Translations under genes and position numbers: made by a program
The notes under the pieces: generated by a model
Told to the model about the DNA's origin: nothing
The model's input: only the letters and a program-made list of their open reading frames with translations
Database searches by the model: none
In this document: piece by piece, positions 25,774 through 35,087 of the stretch
Layout of the letters: each line of letters opens with the position of its first letter
How positions within the stretch are numbered: position 1 is the stretch's first letter
NCBI GenBank assembly: GCA_046485185.1
Contig: JAWOHL010000061.1
Coordinates: forward strand, 1 to 62,662
Reading direction: 5' to 3'
Length of the DNA: 62,662 bases
DNA from: Candidatus Fermentibacteraceae bacterium
Lineage (GTDB): Bacteria; Fermentibacterota; Fermentibacteria; Fermentibacterales; JCC-6

Positions 25774-27569
25774 CAGACCACCCCCTCGATATCCTTGCTC
25801 AGGGCCCCAACGGGACACACCTGAACGCACAGATTGCAGTTTGGCCAGCAGTGCATCTCACTGATCACGGGAACCTTTGCTTCAGCGTCCCAGCTTATTG
25901 CGGGACAGCCCAGTCTGATGCAGGCGCGGCAGTGGACGCACTTGTCGGGGTCGTGCGCGGCCACCGTCTTCCTGAGCGGCTTGTATGCCATGATACAGGG
26001 GCGTCTTGTGATTATGACGCTAAGCTCAGGGGCGTCGTACTCCTCCTTCAGGGCCTGTTTCATCTCCTTCAGGTCGTGGGGGTCCACAACCCTGATCCTT
26101 TTCACCCCGCACGCGCTGACCATCTCCACAAGGTCCAGAACCGGAGCGGGTTCTCCCCTCAGGTTCTTACCCGTGGCGGGATTCTGCTGGCCTCCAGTCA
26201 TGGCAGTGAGGCTGTTGTCCATTATCATCACAGTGCCGGTGTTTCCGTTGTAGACCATGTCGATGAGCCCGGTTATCCCGGAATGGATGAAGGTCGACTC
26301 GCCGATGGCAGCCACGAGTTTGGGCATTTCGCCCGGTTCAAGAGCCTTCTCTATCCCTGCCAGGACCCCCACTGCCGCGCCCATGCATACCACTGTTTCC
26401 AGGGCGTTGTAGGGAGGCATGAGACCCAGGGTGTAGCACCCTATGTCACCCGTGGAACTGAACTTCATGCCCGCCAGTGTATGAAAGGCGCCCCTGTGCG
26501 GGCAACCGGGGCAGAGCGTGGGAGGCCTTCCGGGAAGTTCCGCTTCCCGGAACGGGCGCACAACGGCGCTTTCAGGCTTAAGAGCCGCTCTGACCAGTTC
26601 AGGGCTCAGCTCGCCCTCGATCGGGACGAGGCTTTTACCCTGAGCATCGATGAGAAAATGGCTTCTGATGCTCTCCTCGAGGAAGGGTTCGCCCTCCTCG
26701 ATGACCACGACCCGTGAAACCCTGTTTATGAAATCAGCTATCAGCCCCCAGGGCAGGGGATTGGTCATCCCCAGCTTGAGAACGCTGGCTTCAGGGTAGA
26801 CCTCTTTCACGTACTGGTAAGAGATACCGGAGGTTATGACCCCGATCGAGGGGTCTTTTATCTCGATTTTGTTGAGGGTACTTTCCGAGCCCCAGACCGA
26901 CAGGCGGGAGAGCCTCGCTTCCACCCGGCTGTGCATCTTCCTGGCGTTGGCCGGAATGGGCACCCGCTTGGCGATGTCCTTCACGTAGCCCTTCACGGGT
27001 ATCTCCCGCCGTTCCGAAACACGCACGAGGCTTTTTGAGTGGCATACCCTGGTGGTCACGCGAAGAAGCACCGGGGTGTCGAACTCCTCGCTTATCCTGA
27101 AGGCTTCCTTCGTGAAATCAAGCGCTTCCTGGCTGTCCGAAGGTTCGAGGACAACGAGTTTGGCAGCCCGCCCCATGAGCCTGTTGTCCTGCTCGTTCTG
27201 GGACGAGTGCATGCCGGGGTCGTCGGCGCTCACCACCACCACGCCGCCCGTGGCGCCGATGTAGCTCAGGGTGAACAGGGGGTCGGCCGCAACGTTCAAC
27301 CCCACATGTTTCATGGCGGAGAGAACCCTTGCACCGGCGAAACTCGCCCCCGCCACAACCTCCAGGGCAACCTTTTCATTGGGGGCCCACTGTGCCTTTA
27401 TCTCGGGGTAGTGCTCGCCTATCGTTTCCAGTATCTCGGTAGACGGTGTTCCGGGATAGGCTGCGGCGAAGTGCACCCCGCACTCCCACGCGCCCCGGGC
27501 GATGGCCTCGTTCCCGGAGAGGAAAAGGGTTCCCGATCTTTCCTCGGTCAGATTCAGTTTCTTCCCCAT
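25773..27569 (-). CDS. iorA: Indolepyruvate:ferredoxin oxidoreductase alpha subunit
   Basis: SGNEAIARG, YPGTPSTE, KHVGLNVAAD, SSQNEQD, LCPGCPHR, GDIGCY, C-terminal 2x[4Fe-4S]. Confidence 0.95.
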   Translation of the reverse strand: MGKKLNLTEERSGTLFLSGNEAIARGAWECGVHFAAAYPGTPSTEILETIGEHYPEIKAQWAPNEKVALEVVAGASFAGARVLSAMKHVGLNVAADPLFTLSYIGATGGVVVVSADDPGMHSSQNEQDNRLMGRAAKLVVLEPSDSQEALDFTKEAFRISEEFDTPVLLRVTTRVCHSKSLVRVSERREIPVKGYVKDIAKRVPIPANARKMHSRVEARLSRLSVWGSESTLNKIEIKDPSIGVITSGISYQYVKEVYPEASVLKLGMTNPLPWGLIADFINRVSRVVVIEEGEPFLEESIRSHFLIDAQGKSLVPIEGELSPELVRAALKPESAVVRPFREAELPGRPPTLCPGCPHRGAFHTLAGMKFSSTGDIGCYTLGLMPPYNALETVVCMGAAVGVLAGIEKALEPGEMPKLVAAIGESTFIHSGITGLIDMVYNGNTGTVMIMDNSLTAMTGGQQNPATGKNLRGEPAPVLDLVEMVSACGVKRIRVVDPHDLKEMKQALKEEYDAPELSVIITRRPCIMAYKPLRKTVAAHDPDKCVHCRACIRLGCPAISWDAEAKVPVISEMHCWPNCNLCVQVCPVGALSKDIEGVV

Positions 27570-27584
27570 TGTCTTCCCTTCCAG

Positions 27585-28661
27585 TCAGAGGTATTCCCGT
27601 TCTTCCTCCACGCCGTCCAGCACCCGGAGAACGCCCCGCACCAATGCTTCAAGCTCGGCCTCCCCGGGAAAGACCATAATGGGCGCAATGAAGGACAGGT
27701 ACTCCTTCAGGACCCCGCAGAGCCATACGTTGTTCGCCATTCCACCCGTTATGACAAGCGCGTCGACCTTTCCCGACAGGGCGGCGGCCATGCCGCCGGC
27801 CTCCTTCGCCATCTGGTACGCCATTGCCCGAAGCGTGAGGTCCGCCGTGACGTCGCCGGCAAGAACCTTTTCCCGAATGGCGAGCAGGTGCTCTTCGCCC
27901 AGGTAGGCCAGAAGCCCGCCCTGCTTGAGGAACATGTTCTTAATCTCAACGGCCGTGTACTGGCCGCTGTAGCAAAGCCTGATCAGTCCCGTCACTGGAA
28001 GCCCGCCAGTGCGGGTGCTGCTGAATGGCCCTCCGTCATTGGCATTGTTGGTGTCGATCATGAGGCCCTGCCTGAGAGCGTTAACGCTCACCCCGCTGCC
28101 CAGGTGCATCACCACCATGTTCAGCCGGGACAGCGGTCTGTTAAGGGCTTCGGCAGCTTTATAGGCAACCATGCGGATGTTCAGGGCGTGGCTGAGGCTC
28201 ACCCTGGGAAGAAGGGGATGTCCGCTGAACCTGGCCTCGTCGATCATCTCGTCCACGCATACGGGGTCGACGAAGTAAGCCGGTATACCCTCCCCATGCG
28301 CCACTGCCCACGCAATGGGGGCTCCCAGGTTTGAGGGGTGATCGGCCTGGAGGGTCTCGCCCTCCCTTATGTCTGTCAGAAGCCGTTCAGTGACCCTGTA
28401 GGTTCCGCTTGAAAGGGGCTTGAACGTACCTCCCCGGCCAACGACAGCCGTGAGCTGAGAGGGGGTGTAACCCTTCTCCTTCAGGGCCTTGAGGACAAGG
28501 CTACGTCTTGTGTCCAGTTGACCGAAGGTGGACCCCAGGGCCGCGAGCGCTTCGGGGTCGTGATGAACATTCTCCTCGAACAGGGCCTCGGATTCGCGGA
28601 AAAGGCCTATCTTTGTGGATGTTCCGCCGGGGTTCACTGCAAAGATCAGGCGCTCACCCAT
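27585..28661 (-). CDS. buk: Butyrate kinase
   Basis: Start ATG 28661; NPGGTSTK, GRGG, HPSNLG, HALN, HLGSG, GPFSSTRTG, PGEAELEAL. Confidence 0.93.
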   Translation of the reverse strand: MGERLIFAVNPGGTSTKIGLFRESEALFEENVHHDPEALAALGSTFGQLDTRRSLVLKALKEKGYTPSQLTAVVGRGGTFKPLSSGTYRVTERLLTDIREGETLQADHPSNLGAPIAWAVAHGEGIPAYFVDPVCVDEMIDEARFSGHPLLPRVSLSHALNIRMVAYKAAEALNRPLSRLNMVVMHLGSGVSVNALRQGLMIDTNNANDGGPFSSTRTGGLPVTGLIRLCYSGQYTAVEIKNMFLKQGGLLAYLGEEHLLAIREKVLAGDVTADLTLRAMAYQMAKEAGGMAAALSGKVDALVITGGMANNVWLCGVLKEYLSFIAPIMVFPGEAELEALVRGVLRVLDGVEEEREYL

Positions 28662-29556
28662 CCCGGCCTCCCGAGACAACAACGCCCAGAGCAAGTGAGT
28701 TGAGCTTGGTGGAGGGCGAATCGGACCGGCTCAACATGACGACGGGAGCCGTGGCCCCGGCCACAAGTCCCCCAACCTGGGCGTCGGTCATGTACATGAA
28801 GGCTTTGGCAAAAATGTTCCCGCTGGCTATGTCAGGTGTCACCAGAACGTTGGCCCGTCCCGGTACCTCGCCCGTCATTCCCTTTACTGCCGCGGCCTCG
28901 GGGTCCATGGCGCCGTCGACCGCCATGGGGCCGTCGACGAAAATCCCCGGGATTCCCCGGTCGACCACTTCCTTCCAGAGAAGGGTTTCGGGCATCTTGT
29001 CGTTGGGGGCCTCGATGGCCGCCAGCAGGGCCGCCCTTGTCACCGGGTCTCCCAGCCTTCGCATGACGAACCCGGCGTTGCGGATTATCTGGACGGTCTG
29101 TTCCGCGTCGGGGCGGATATTCATGCCGCCGTCCGTTATGGCCACCAGACGGTTCTGCCGGGGGACATGAACCACGGCTATGTGGCTGAGTATGCCGCCG
29201 GACCGGAGCCCCACCTTCTCGTCCAGCACGGCCCTGAGGAAGGTGGACGTTTTCAAAAGACCCTTCATCAGGATGGTGGCACTGCCCCGGCTTACGAGTT
29301 GCACGGCCCTGAGCGCCGCGGCTTCCTCGTCCGATTGATCCTCCACGGTGATACCCGGGGGCAGGGACAGGCGCAGGCTGGCCAGTGTGCGTTCCACCTC
29401 CCGGGCGGGAGCGATCACCACGGCCTCGGCGAGCCCCTCGTGCGCAGCGGTTACGAGAGCCTCGAGGGACGCGGCATCGTGCCCCATGGGTACCGCTACC
29501 CTGGCGCCGCTGATCCCCCTGGCCGCACTCCGTATCTCTTCAAAATTGTTGAACAA
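28654..29556 (-). CDS. ptb: Phosphate butyryltransferase/acyltransferase
   Basis: TTG start with GGAGG RBS; LMKG, TDGGMNIRP, DGPMAVDGA, PDIASGN, SRSDS. Confidence 0.9.
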   Translation of the reverse strand: MFNNFEEIRSAARGISGARVAVPMGHDAASLEALVTAAHEGLAEAVVIAPAREVERTLASLRLSLPPGITVEDQSDEEAAALRAVQLVSRGSATILMKGLLKTSTFLRAVLDEKVGLRSGGILSHIAVVHVPRQNRLVAITDGGMNIRPDAEQTVQIIRNAGFVMRRLGDPVTRAALLAAIEAPNDKMPETLLWKEVVDRGIPGIFVDGPMAVDGAMDPEAAAVKGMTGEVPGRANVLVTPDIASGNIFAKAFMYMTDAQVGGLVAGATAPVVMLSRSDSPSTKLNSLALGVVVSGGRDG

Positions 29557-29651
29557 AGAACACCTCCCGGTGAAGCTGAAGCAGGGACAACGGATGTGGA
29601 AAGCTATTATGATTCCTGTCTTCCGTTTGTGCAAAGCCGAAGGGGGTTCGT

Positions 29652-30311
29652 TTGTCGCTTCGCCGGGAATGGGAAAACTGCGGCGCCGTTCTGTTCGATT
29701 TCGACGGCGTACTGGCGGACAGCGAGCCTTTCTACAGGGAAACCTGGAACATGACCATTTCGCCTGCACGACCCATTGGGGAGAGTGAGTACTTTTTGAG
29801 GTGGTCTTTTCTGGGCCAGGGTGAACAGCACCTTACCGAGATGGGGTACACCCCGCAGGACAAGGAAGCGCTGCGTAGCCGCCAGAAGGAGCTTTACGGA
29901 GCCCTCTGCCGTACAGGGGCGATACCCCTCTTCCCGGAGGCCGCGGAACTTCTCTCGTGGGTATCGGGCAGGAAGCCCTGCATAATAGCGTCGAACACCG
30001 ATTCGGACCTTGTCCGAACCGTTCTCGAGCGCGGCGGAAGCCCGGTGCCTGCAGTGGTTGGGGGCGAGGGGTCAAGGCATAAACCCGATCCGGATATATT
30101 CCTGAGGGCCGCCACGGTTCTTGGCGTTCCACCTGGATCCTGCCTGGTGGTGGAAGACGCATGGAAGGGTATCGAGGCGGCAAGGAGGGGCGGCTTCAGG
30201 GCCATTCTGGTGAGAACGCCCCACAACCTCGGGCTGGACGCCGGAGTTGTGCGCGAGGCCGGGAGTCTGACGCATCTTTTCAGGGACTGGAAGGGAGGGG
30301 GAGAGGAATGA
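29652..30311 (+). CDS. HAD family phosphatase (beta-PGM/CbbY-like)
   Basis: FDFDGVLADSE, ASN, KPDPDIF, VEDAWKGIEAA. Confidence 0.88.
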   Translation: MSLRREWENCGAVLFDFDGVLADSEPFYRETWNMTISPARPIGESEYFLRWSFLGQGEQHLTEMGYTPQDKEALRSRQKELYGALCRTGAIPLFPEAAELLSWVSGRKPCIIASNTDSDLVRTVLERGGSPVPAVVGGEGSRHKPDPDIFLRAATVLGVPPGSCLVVEDAWKGIEAARRGGFRAILVRTPHNLGLDAGVVREAGSLTHLFRDWKGGGEE

Positions 30312-30883
30312 TCGGCGAACTGGTGATGATCGATCCCCTTTGGGTGCCGGTCTTGATGGTCGTCACGGGAGTGTTTGCAGCCTTTTTCGGAAACAGGCTC
30401 GTCAGCGTTGTCCTGGCTCTGTCAGGTCTTGTCCTGGGGCTGGTGCACGGCGCGGGAATAGCCTCGGCCCTGTGGAACGACCCCGGCTTCATCCGTCTGG
30501 GTCCGTGGATTTTCGGCATTCTCTTCGCCGTTCTTTCCGGCCTGCTCCTTCGACTGGCGCTTTTTTTCGCCGGCGCGCTACTGGCAGTATCAGCGGTATT
30601 CGCCTTCATGGCCCCGCCATCGGTTATCGTGGTCATCGTGGCCGCCCTTCTTGGCGGAGGCCTGGCCTGCGCCTACAAAAACTTTGTGCTTGCTCTTCTC
30701 ACCGCTGCTTTTGGAAGCCTAACGGCCTCTTCCGGCGCGGTCAACCTTGCTGCCAACTTCTCCATCCCCATCGGGATATTCGGCTACTTTCTGACCCTTG
30801 CCGTCTTGTTCACGGCAGGGCTGCTGGTGCAGCTCAGGGCACACAGAACGAAAAAGGCCGAATCGAAACGCAAACGGAGGTAA
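30308..30883 (+). CDS. Multi-pass membrane protein (DUF4203-like)
   Basis: ATG 30308 overlaps the upstream stop; ~6-7 Gly-rich TM helices, LTAAFGS, GLLVQ ending. Confidence 0.65.
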   Translation: MIGELVMIDPLWVPVLMVVTGVFAAFFGNRLVSVVLALSGLVLGLVHGAGIASALWNDPGFIRLGPWIFGILFAVLSGLLLRLALFFAGALLAVSAVFAFMAPPSVIVVIVAALLGGGLACAYKNFVLALLTAAFGSLTASSGAVNLAANFSIPIGIFGYFLTLAVLFTAGLLVQLRAHRTKKAESKRKRR

Positions 30884-30889
30884 CCGTCG

Positions 30890-31393
30890 ATGAATCAGCG
30901 GGTTCATGACATTCTGCTGGTGGTGCTTGTTCTTGCTGTTCTGAAAGGGCTGTTCGAGTTTACCCGCCTGCTTCTGCGGCGGTTCATAGCGCTTCTGGCG
31001 GCAAAGGGGCATGCTCTGACCAGAGACACCGCAATTCAATGGGGCATGGGCTTTCTTCTCTGCGGCCTGCTGATGCTGCCTTTCTTCACATCGATCCTTG
31101 CCCTGTTCGACAACAGGGCACTTGTTGGGGGGATCGTTCTTCATCTGTCGCTCGTGGCGGTTTCCATCGTTCTCTTCAGCTTCGCCGAAGACCTCATCCG
31201 TCTTTACAACACTTTCCCCGCAGGCAGGACGGGGCTGCTCCCAGTCGGCAGCCATGTCAGAAAGATGCTGCCATTCCTGGCGGCGTTCTGGGCGGTCGGG
31301 TTCCTGTTCCTGAGCCCGATTTTCTATTCCGCGCTGACACTGCTGATATTCATATTCTTCATGGCAGTTCTGCACGGCCGCAAAAAAGCCTGA
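30890..31393 (+). CDS. Hypothetical membrane protein
   Basis: 167 aa, several hydrophobic helices, GGAGG RBS upstream. Confidence 0.6.
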   Translation: MNQRVHDILLVVLVLAVLKGLFEFTRLLLRRFIALLAAKGHALTRDTAIQWGMGFLLCGLLMLPFFTSILALFDNRALVGGIVLHLSLVAVSIVLFSFAEDLIRLYNTFPAGRTGLLPVGSHVRKMLPFLAAFWAVGFLFLSPIFYSALTLLIFIFFMAVLHGRKKA

Positions 31394-31397
31394 GTCC

Positions 31398-32570
31398 ATG
31401 CCCGAAGAGGTATCGATCCTTCATGTGCTGACCAGGCTTGCCGTCGGCGGTGCCGGGATGAACACACTTCTGAGCTGCCGTGACATTCGGGATGAAGGGT
31501 TCCGTTCCGAACTGGTCGTCGGACCCGAGAGGCCCCCGGAAGGGGATTACTTCCATCTCGCCGCGCAATTCGGCATCACAACGACTATTTGCCCCCACCT
31601 TGTCTGGAGGATCTCTCCCCTTCACGATATGCTTGCCCTGTATGAGCTTACCAACATCATCAAACAGGGCGGTTATACGATCGTTCATACCCACGGGTCC
31701 AAGGCCCGCCTTCTGGGCAGAGCCGCGGCGCGGCTTTCGGGGTGCTCCCCCATGGTGGTCCAGACCTTCCACGGCTGGCCCTTCGATTCACAGATGAGCT
31801 TTCTGCTTCAGGCAGCGTACACCACCATGGAAAGGGTGGGGTTCCGCCTTGCACATCAATCAGTGGCCGTCACTCCCGAAGACATTTTCAAGGGCTCCGT
31901 CTGGGGTATCGGCAGCCCCGGGGATTACACGGTGATCCGAAGCGGTGTTGAATTCGGACCTTTCAAGTCATGCAGGGGGCGGACGGCCGATGCCCGCGCT
32001 GAACTGGGACTGCCCGCAGATTGCCCGGTCGTGGGAACCGTGGCAAGACTCGCTCCTGTGAAGGACCCCCTGACATTCCTGGCCGTCGCTTCACGAATTC
32101 ATGAAAAGCTTCCCCAATGCAGGTTCGTGATGATAGGCGACGGCCCGATGCGGCCCGAGGTCGAACGCAGGGTCGATTCATCGGGCCTTTCGGACGCACT
32201 GATCCTGGCGGGGAACAGAACGGATGTTTGCAGCCTTCTGCCGGCTTTCGATGTGTTCCTCATCACATCAGTGAGCGAAGGGCTGCCCAGGGGGATGCTG
32301 GAGTCTCTTGCTTCGGGGGTGCCCGTGGTCTCCACGGATGTCGGAGGGGTATCCGAGCTTCTCACCGGAACCGCGAACGGCATGATCTGCCCGGTGGGCG
32401 ATCCGGGCTGTCTCGCAGGAAGGGTTTTGGAAATACTCACCACACCCGGTCTTTCCGAATCACTTCTTCAAAATGTCGACTCGGATCTCGAACCTTTCTC
32501 GGCGGAAAAAATGGTATCGGACCTCAGAACCCTCTACAACTGCATGGCAAAACAAAGGGCGGGCCACTGA
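31398..32570 (+). CDS. Glycosyltransferase family 4
   Basis: VHTHGSKA, TVARLAPVKD, GDGPMR, SEGLPRGMLESLASGVPVVSTDVGG. Confidence 0.92.
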   Translation: MPEEVSILHVLTRLAVGGAGMNTLLSCRDIRDEGFRSELVVGPERPPEGDYFHLAAQFGITTTICPHLVWRISPLHDMLALYELTNIIKQGGYTIVHTHGSKARLLGRAAARLSGCSPMVVQTFHGWPFDSQMSFLLQAAYTTMERVGFRLAHQSVAVTPEDIFKGSVWGIGSPGDYTVIRSGVEFGPFKSCRGRTADARAELGLPADCPVVGTVARLAPVKDPLTFLAVASRIHEKLPQCRFVMIGDGPMRPEVERRVDSSGLSDALILAGNRTDVCSLLPAFDVFLITSVSEGLPRGMLESLASGVPVVSTDVGGVSELLTGTANGMICPVGDPGCLAGRVLEILTTPGLSESLLQNVDSDLEPFSAEKMVSDLRTLYNCMAKQRAGH

Positions 32571-32601
32571 AAGACCCGCCCATTGTAACCCAGGGAACCG
32601 G

Positions 32602-32769
32602 TCAGGGAGCTTCGATGGCCTCGACCGGGCATACAGCGGCACACGCGCCGCAATCGATACAGGTCGCCGGATCGATGGAGTATTTGTCTCCCTCGCTGAT
32701 GGCGTCCACGGGGCATTCGCTCATGCAGGCACCGCAGGCGATGCATGCATCGGTGATCTTGTAGGCCAT
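32602..32769 (-). CDS. fdx: Cytoplasmic clostridial-type 2[4Fe-4S] ferredoxin
   Basis: MAYKITDACIACGACMSECP...CIDCGACAAVCP, 55 aa, GGAGG RBS, no signal peptide. Confidence 0.95.
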   Translation of the reverse strand: MAYKITDACIACGACMSECPVDAISEGDKYSIDPATCIDCGACAAVCPVEAIEAP

Positions 32770-32821
32770 TTGAAACCTCCTGGTTAGAGCGGTGAGTACG
32801 ATATGACAACGCTGTACTATG

Positions 32822-33691
32822 TCAACGGGAGGAACCCCTGAAAATGGAGAGCAGCCTGTCCAGCTCGTCCAGCGACCCGTATTCAATCTCTATGCTGCCC
32901 CGGCCCCCGGCATCCCTCACCCTCACCCTGGTGCCGAAAAGCCTCTGAAGACCCTCTTCCAGCGCAACGATCTCGGGTGAAACCTCTCGGACCTTTCCGG
33001 TCTTCTTCCCGCGGCCTTCCGGCCTCCGGCTGCGAACCAGCTCCTCGAGGGCTCGAACGCTCATGCCCTTGTGAACGGCCATCCTGGCGGCCCTCACCAT
33101 GTGATCCCCGTCGGGAAGACCAAGCAGCGCCCTGCCGTGTCCCATGGTGAGCTGACCCGTGCGAAGCATGATCCTGACCTTCTCCGGCAGCTCAAGCAGT
33201 CTCTGAAAGTTGGCAACCGCTGACCGGCTGAGTCCCACCTGCCGTCCGAGGTCTTCCTGCGTGAGATGGAACTCGCTGCAGAAGCGGCTGAAGGCCTCGG
33301 CCTTCTCCATGGGGTTCAGGTCGGACCGCTGTATGTTCTCCACAAGGGCCAGCGCGAGCATCTGACGGTCGTCGGCTTCCCTGATGACTGCGGGAACCTC
33401 TGAAAGCCCGGCCATTATGGACGCCCTGAGCCGTCTTTCCCCGGCGATGAGCTGGTAACGCTCTCCGACAGAACGGAGAACAAGGGGCTGTATGATACCC
33501 TGGGCCCGGATCGAATCGCTGAGTGACTGAAGGTCGTCCTGGCTCCAGTCCACCCTGGGCTGGAACGGGTTGGCGTCTATGAGATCAACAGGGATATTCG
33601 TAGAAGCACCTGTTTCGGCGGTTCTCGCTGAGATTGCCGGCAGAAGCGCTTCAAGCCCTCTTCCCAACGCCTTTTTTCCCTTTTCCTTCAT
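32822..33691 (-). CDS. parB: Chromosome partitioning protein ParB/Spo0J
   Basis: ALGRGL, NPFQPR, LIAGERRLRA, ALVENIQR, HTH with SRSAVANFQRLL. Confidence 0.96.
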   Translation of the reverse strand: MKEKGKKALGRGLEALLPAISARTAETGASTNIPVDLIDANPFQPRVDWSQDDLQSLSDSIRAQGIIQPLVLRSVGERYQLIAGERRLRASIMAGLSEVPAVIREADDRQMLALALVENIQRSDLNPMEKAEAFSRFCSEFHLTQEDLGRQVGLSRSAVANFQRLLELPEKVRIMLRTGQLTMGHGRALLGLPDGDHMVRAARMAVHKGMSVRALEELVRSRRPEGRGKKTGKVREVSPEIVALEEGLQRLFGTRVRVRDAGGRGSIEIEYGSLDELDRLLSIFRGSSR

Positions 33692-34443
33692 CTTTCCATC
33701 ACCTCTTTTGCAAGACTGAGGTAGCTGCCGGCTCCCTTTGAAAAAGGGTCGTAAAGGATCGCCGGCTTCCCGTAACTGGGAGCTTCACTAAGCTTCACAT
33801 TACGGGGTATAGTGGTGCGAAACAATGCTTTACCCAGATGTGCCCTGGCTTCGTCAAACACTTCCCTGCTAAGTTTAAGCCTTGAATCGTACATTGTCAT
33901 CACCACGCCGAAAAGAAGAAGCCTTCGATTCCATGCCGATCTGACCCTGGAGATCGTTTGAAGCAGATGGGAAAGCCCTTCAAGGGCGTAGTATTCACTC
34001 TGGAGCGGAAGAAGAACGCTGTCGGCCGCAACGAGCCCGTTAACCGTAAGAAGCCCGAGAGAGGGAGGGCAATCTATGAGTACGTACGAGTATTTCTCGA
34101 CCTGACCCTTCAGCGCCCTGTCGAGGAAGAACTCGCGTTTTTCCTGCGAGGCCAGTTCGATCTCGAGCCCGGCCATGTCGGTGGAGCCCGGAACAAGGTC
34201 AAGCCCCTCCACGTCGGTACAAACAACCGTTTCAGAAAGGGACTTTCGCCCCGCCATGAGGGCGTGCATGCCTTCGAGCCCCCCAAGCTCACGGCCAAGA
34301 CCGCTCGTGGCATTGGCCTGGGGATCGAGATCCACGATCAGTACATCCCTGTCGTTCACGGCAAGGCTTGCGCCGAGGTTGATCACCGTGGTGGTCTTCC
34401 CCACACCGCCCTTCTGGTTCGCGACTGCTATGATCCTGGTCAT
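33688..34443 (-). CDS. parA: Chromosome partitioning ATPase ParA/Soj
   Basis: NQKGGVGKTT, DLDPQANAT, IDCPPSLG, EYYALEG, IPRNVKLSEAPSYG. Confidence 0.96.
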   Translation of the reverse strand: MTRIIAVANQKGGVGKTTTVINLGASLAVNDRDVLIVDLDPQANATSGLGRELGGLEGMHALMAGRKSLSETVVCTDVEGLDLVPGSTDMAGLEIELASQEKREFFLDRALKGQVEKYSYVLIDCPPSLGLLTVNGLVAADSVLLPLQSEYYALEGLSHLLQTISRVRSAWNRRLLLFGVVMTMYDSRLKLSREVFDEARAHLGKALFRTTIPRNVKLSEAPSYGKPAILYDPFSKGAGSYLSLAKEVMER

Positions 34444-35087
34444 GTTCCCCCGTTTCCCCGATGAACCACCGCTCCGGGATGGCGAAACTGCACCATGAAT
34501 CCCGGACGGTCAAGAGGCGGAGAAGGCAGCTTTTTTACAACTTCCACCCCTGGAAATGAATAGGTCTCTCCCGTCCGGACGGTGAGAGAGAAGTCTTCCC
34601 GGGAAGTGTCCGATATCTTCTGCACCAGACTGTGGGGGTTCTCGACCGCCCTGGCGGTGAACGACACGGGTCCCGGGAACGGTCCGCAATCCTCCACCCT
34701 TCCGTTCAGCACACGGACATTCCCGAGCTTCATGGTCTCCCTGACCCAAACGAGAAACAGAAACCGTTTTCGGCGGCTTTCGACAAGTGTGGCCTCCAGG
34801 CCGAACAGTGCGAGTACAATCCCCGGAAAGCCCGCTCCACTTCCTATGTCCACAACCGGTACGTCTTTTTTGAGGAGGGGAATGTATGCCACGGATTCCA
34901 GGATGTGTCTGTTCCAGAGGCGTCCCATTTCCATAGGACCCAGAAGGTTTCCGAACCTTCCCCCCATCGCCTTTTCAAGAAGACCGGCGAACTCTCCCAG
35001 CCTGTCGATCACTGATCCGTCGGCCGTCACACCAAGGGCGGCAATGTCCTGTATTGCTCCGGACGGAATGTGTTTCACGTGGAACAC
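34440..35087 (-). CDS. rsmG: 16S rRNA (guanine-N7)-methyltransferase (start uncertain, 35087 or 35078)
   Basis: RHILES, DIGSGAGFPG, ESRRKR, ARAV; position between mnmG and parA. Confidence 0.88.
   Translation of the reverse strand: MFHVKHIPSGAIQDIAALGVTADGSVIDRLGEFAGLLEKAMGGRFGNLLGPMEMGRLWNRHILESVAYIPLLKKDVPVVDIGSGAGFPGIVLALFGLEATLVESRRKRFLFLVWVRETMKLGNVRVLNGRVEDCGPFPGPVSFTARAVENPHSLVQKISDTSREDFSLTVRTGETYSFPGVEVVKKLPSPPLDRPGFMVQFRHPGAVVHRGNGGT
35071..35086. promoter_or_regulatory. parS site
   Basis: TGTTTCACGTGGAACA (minus strand TGTTCCACGTGAAACA = canonical parS). Confidence 0.92.

Noticed and set aside
35078-35087. MFHVKH N-terminus of RsmG as a protein motif
   Set aside because: It is the translation of the parS palindrome, not a functional peptide motif
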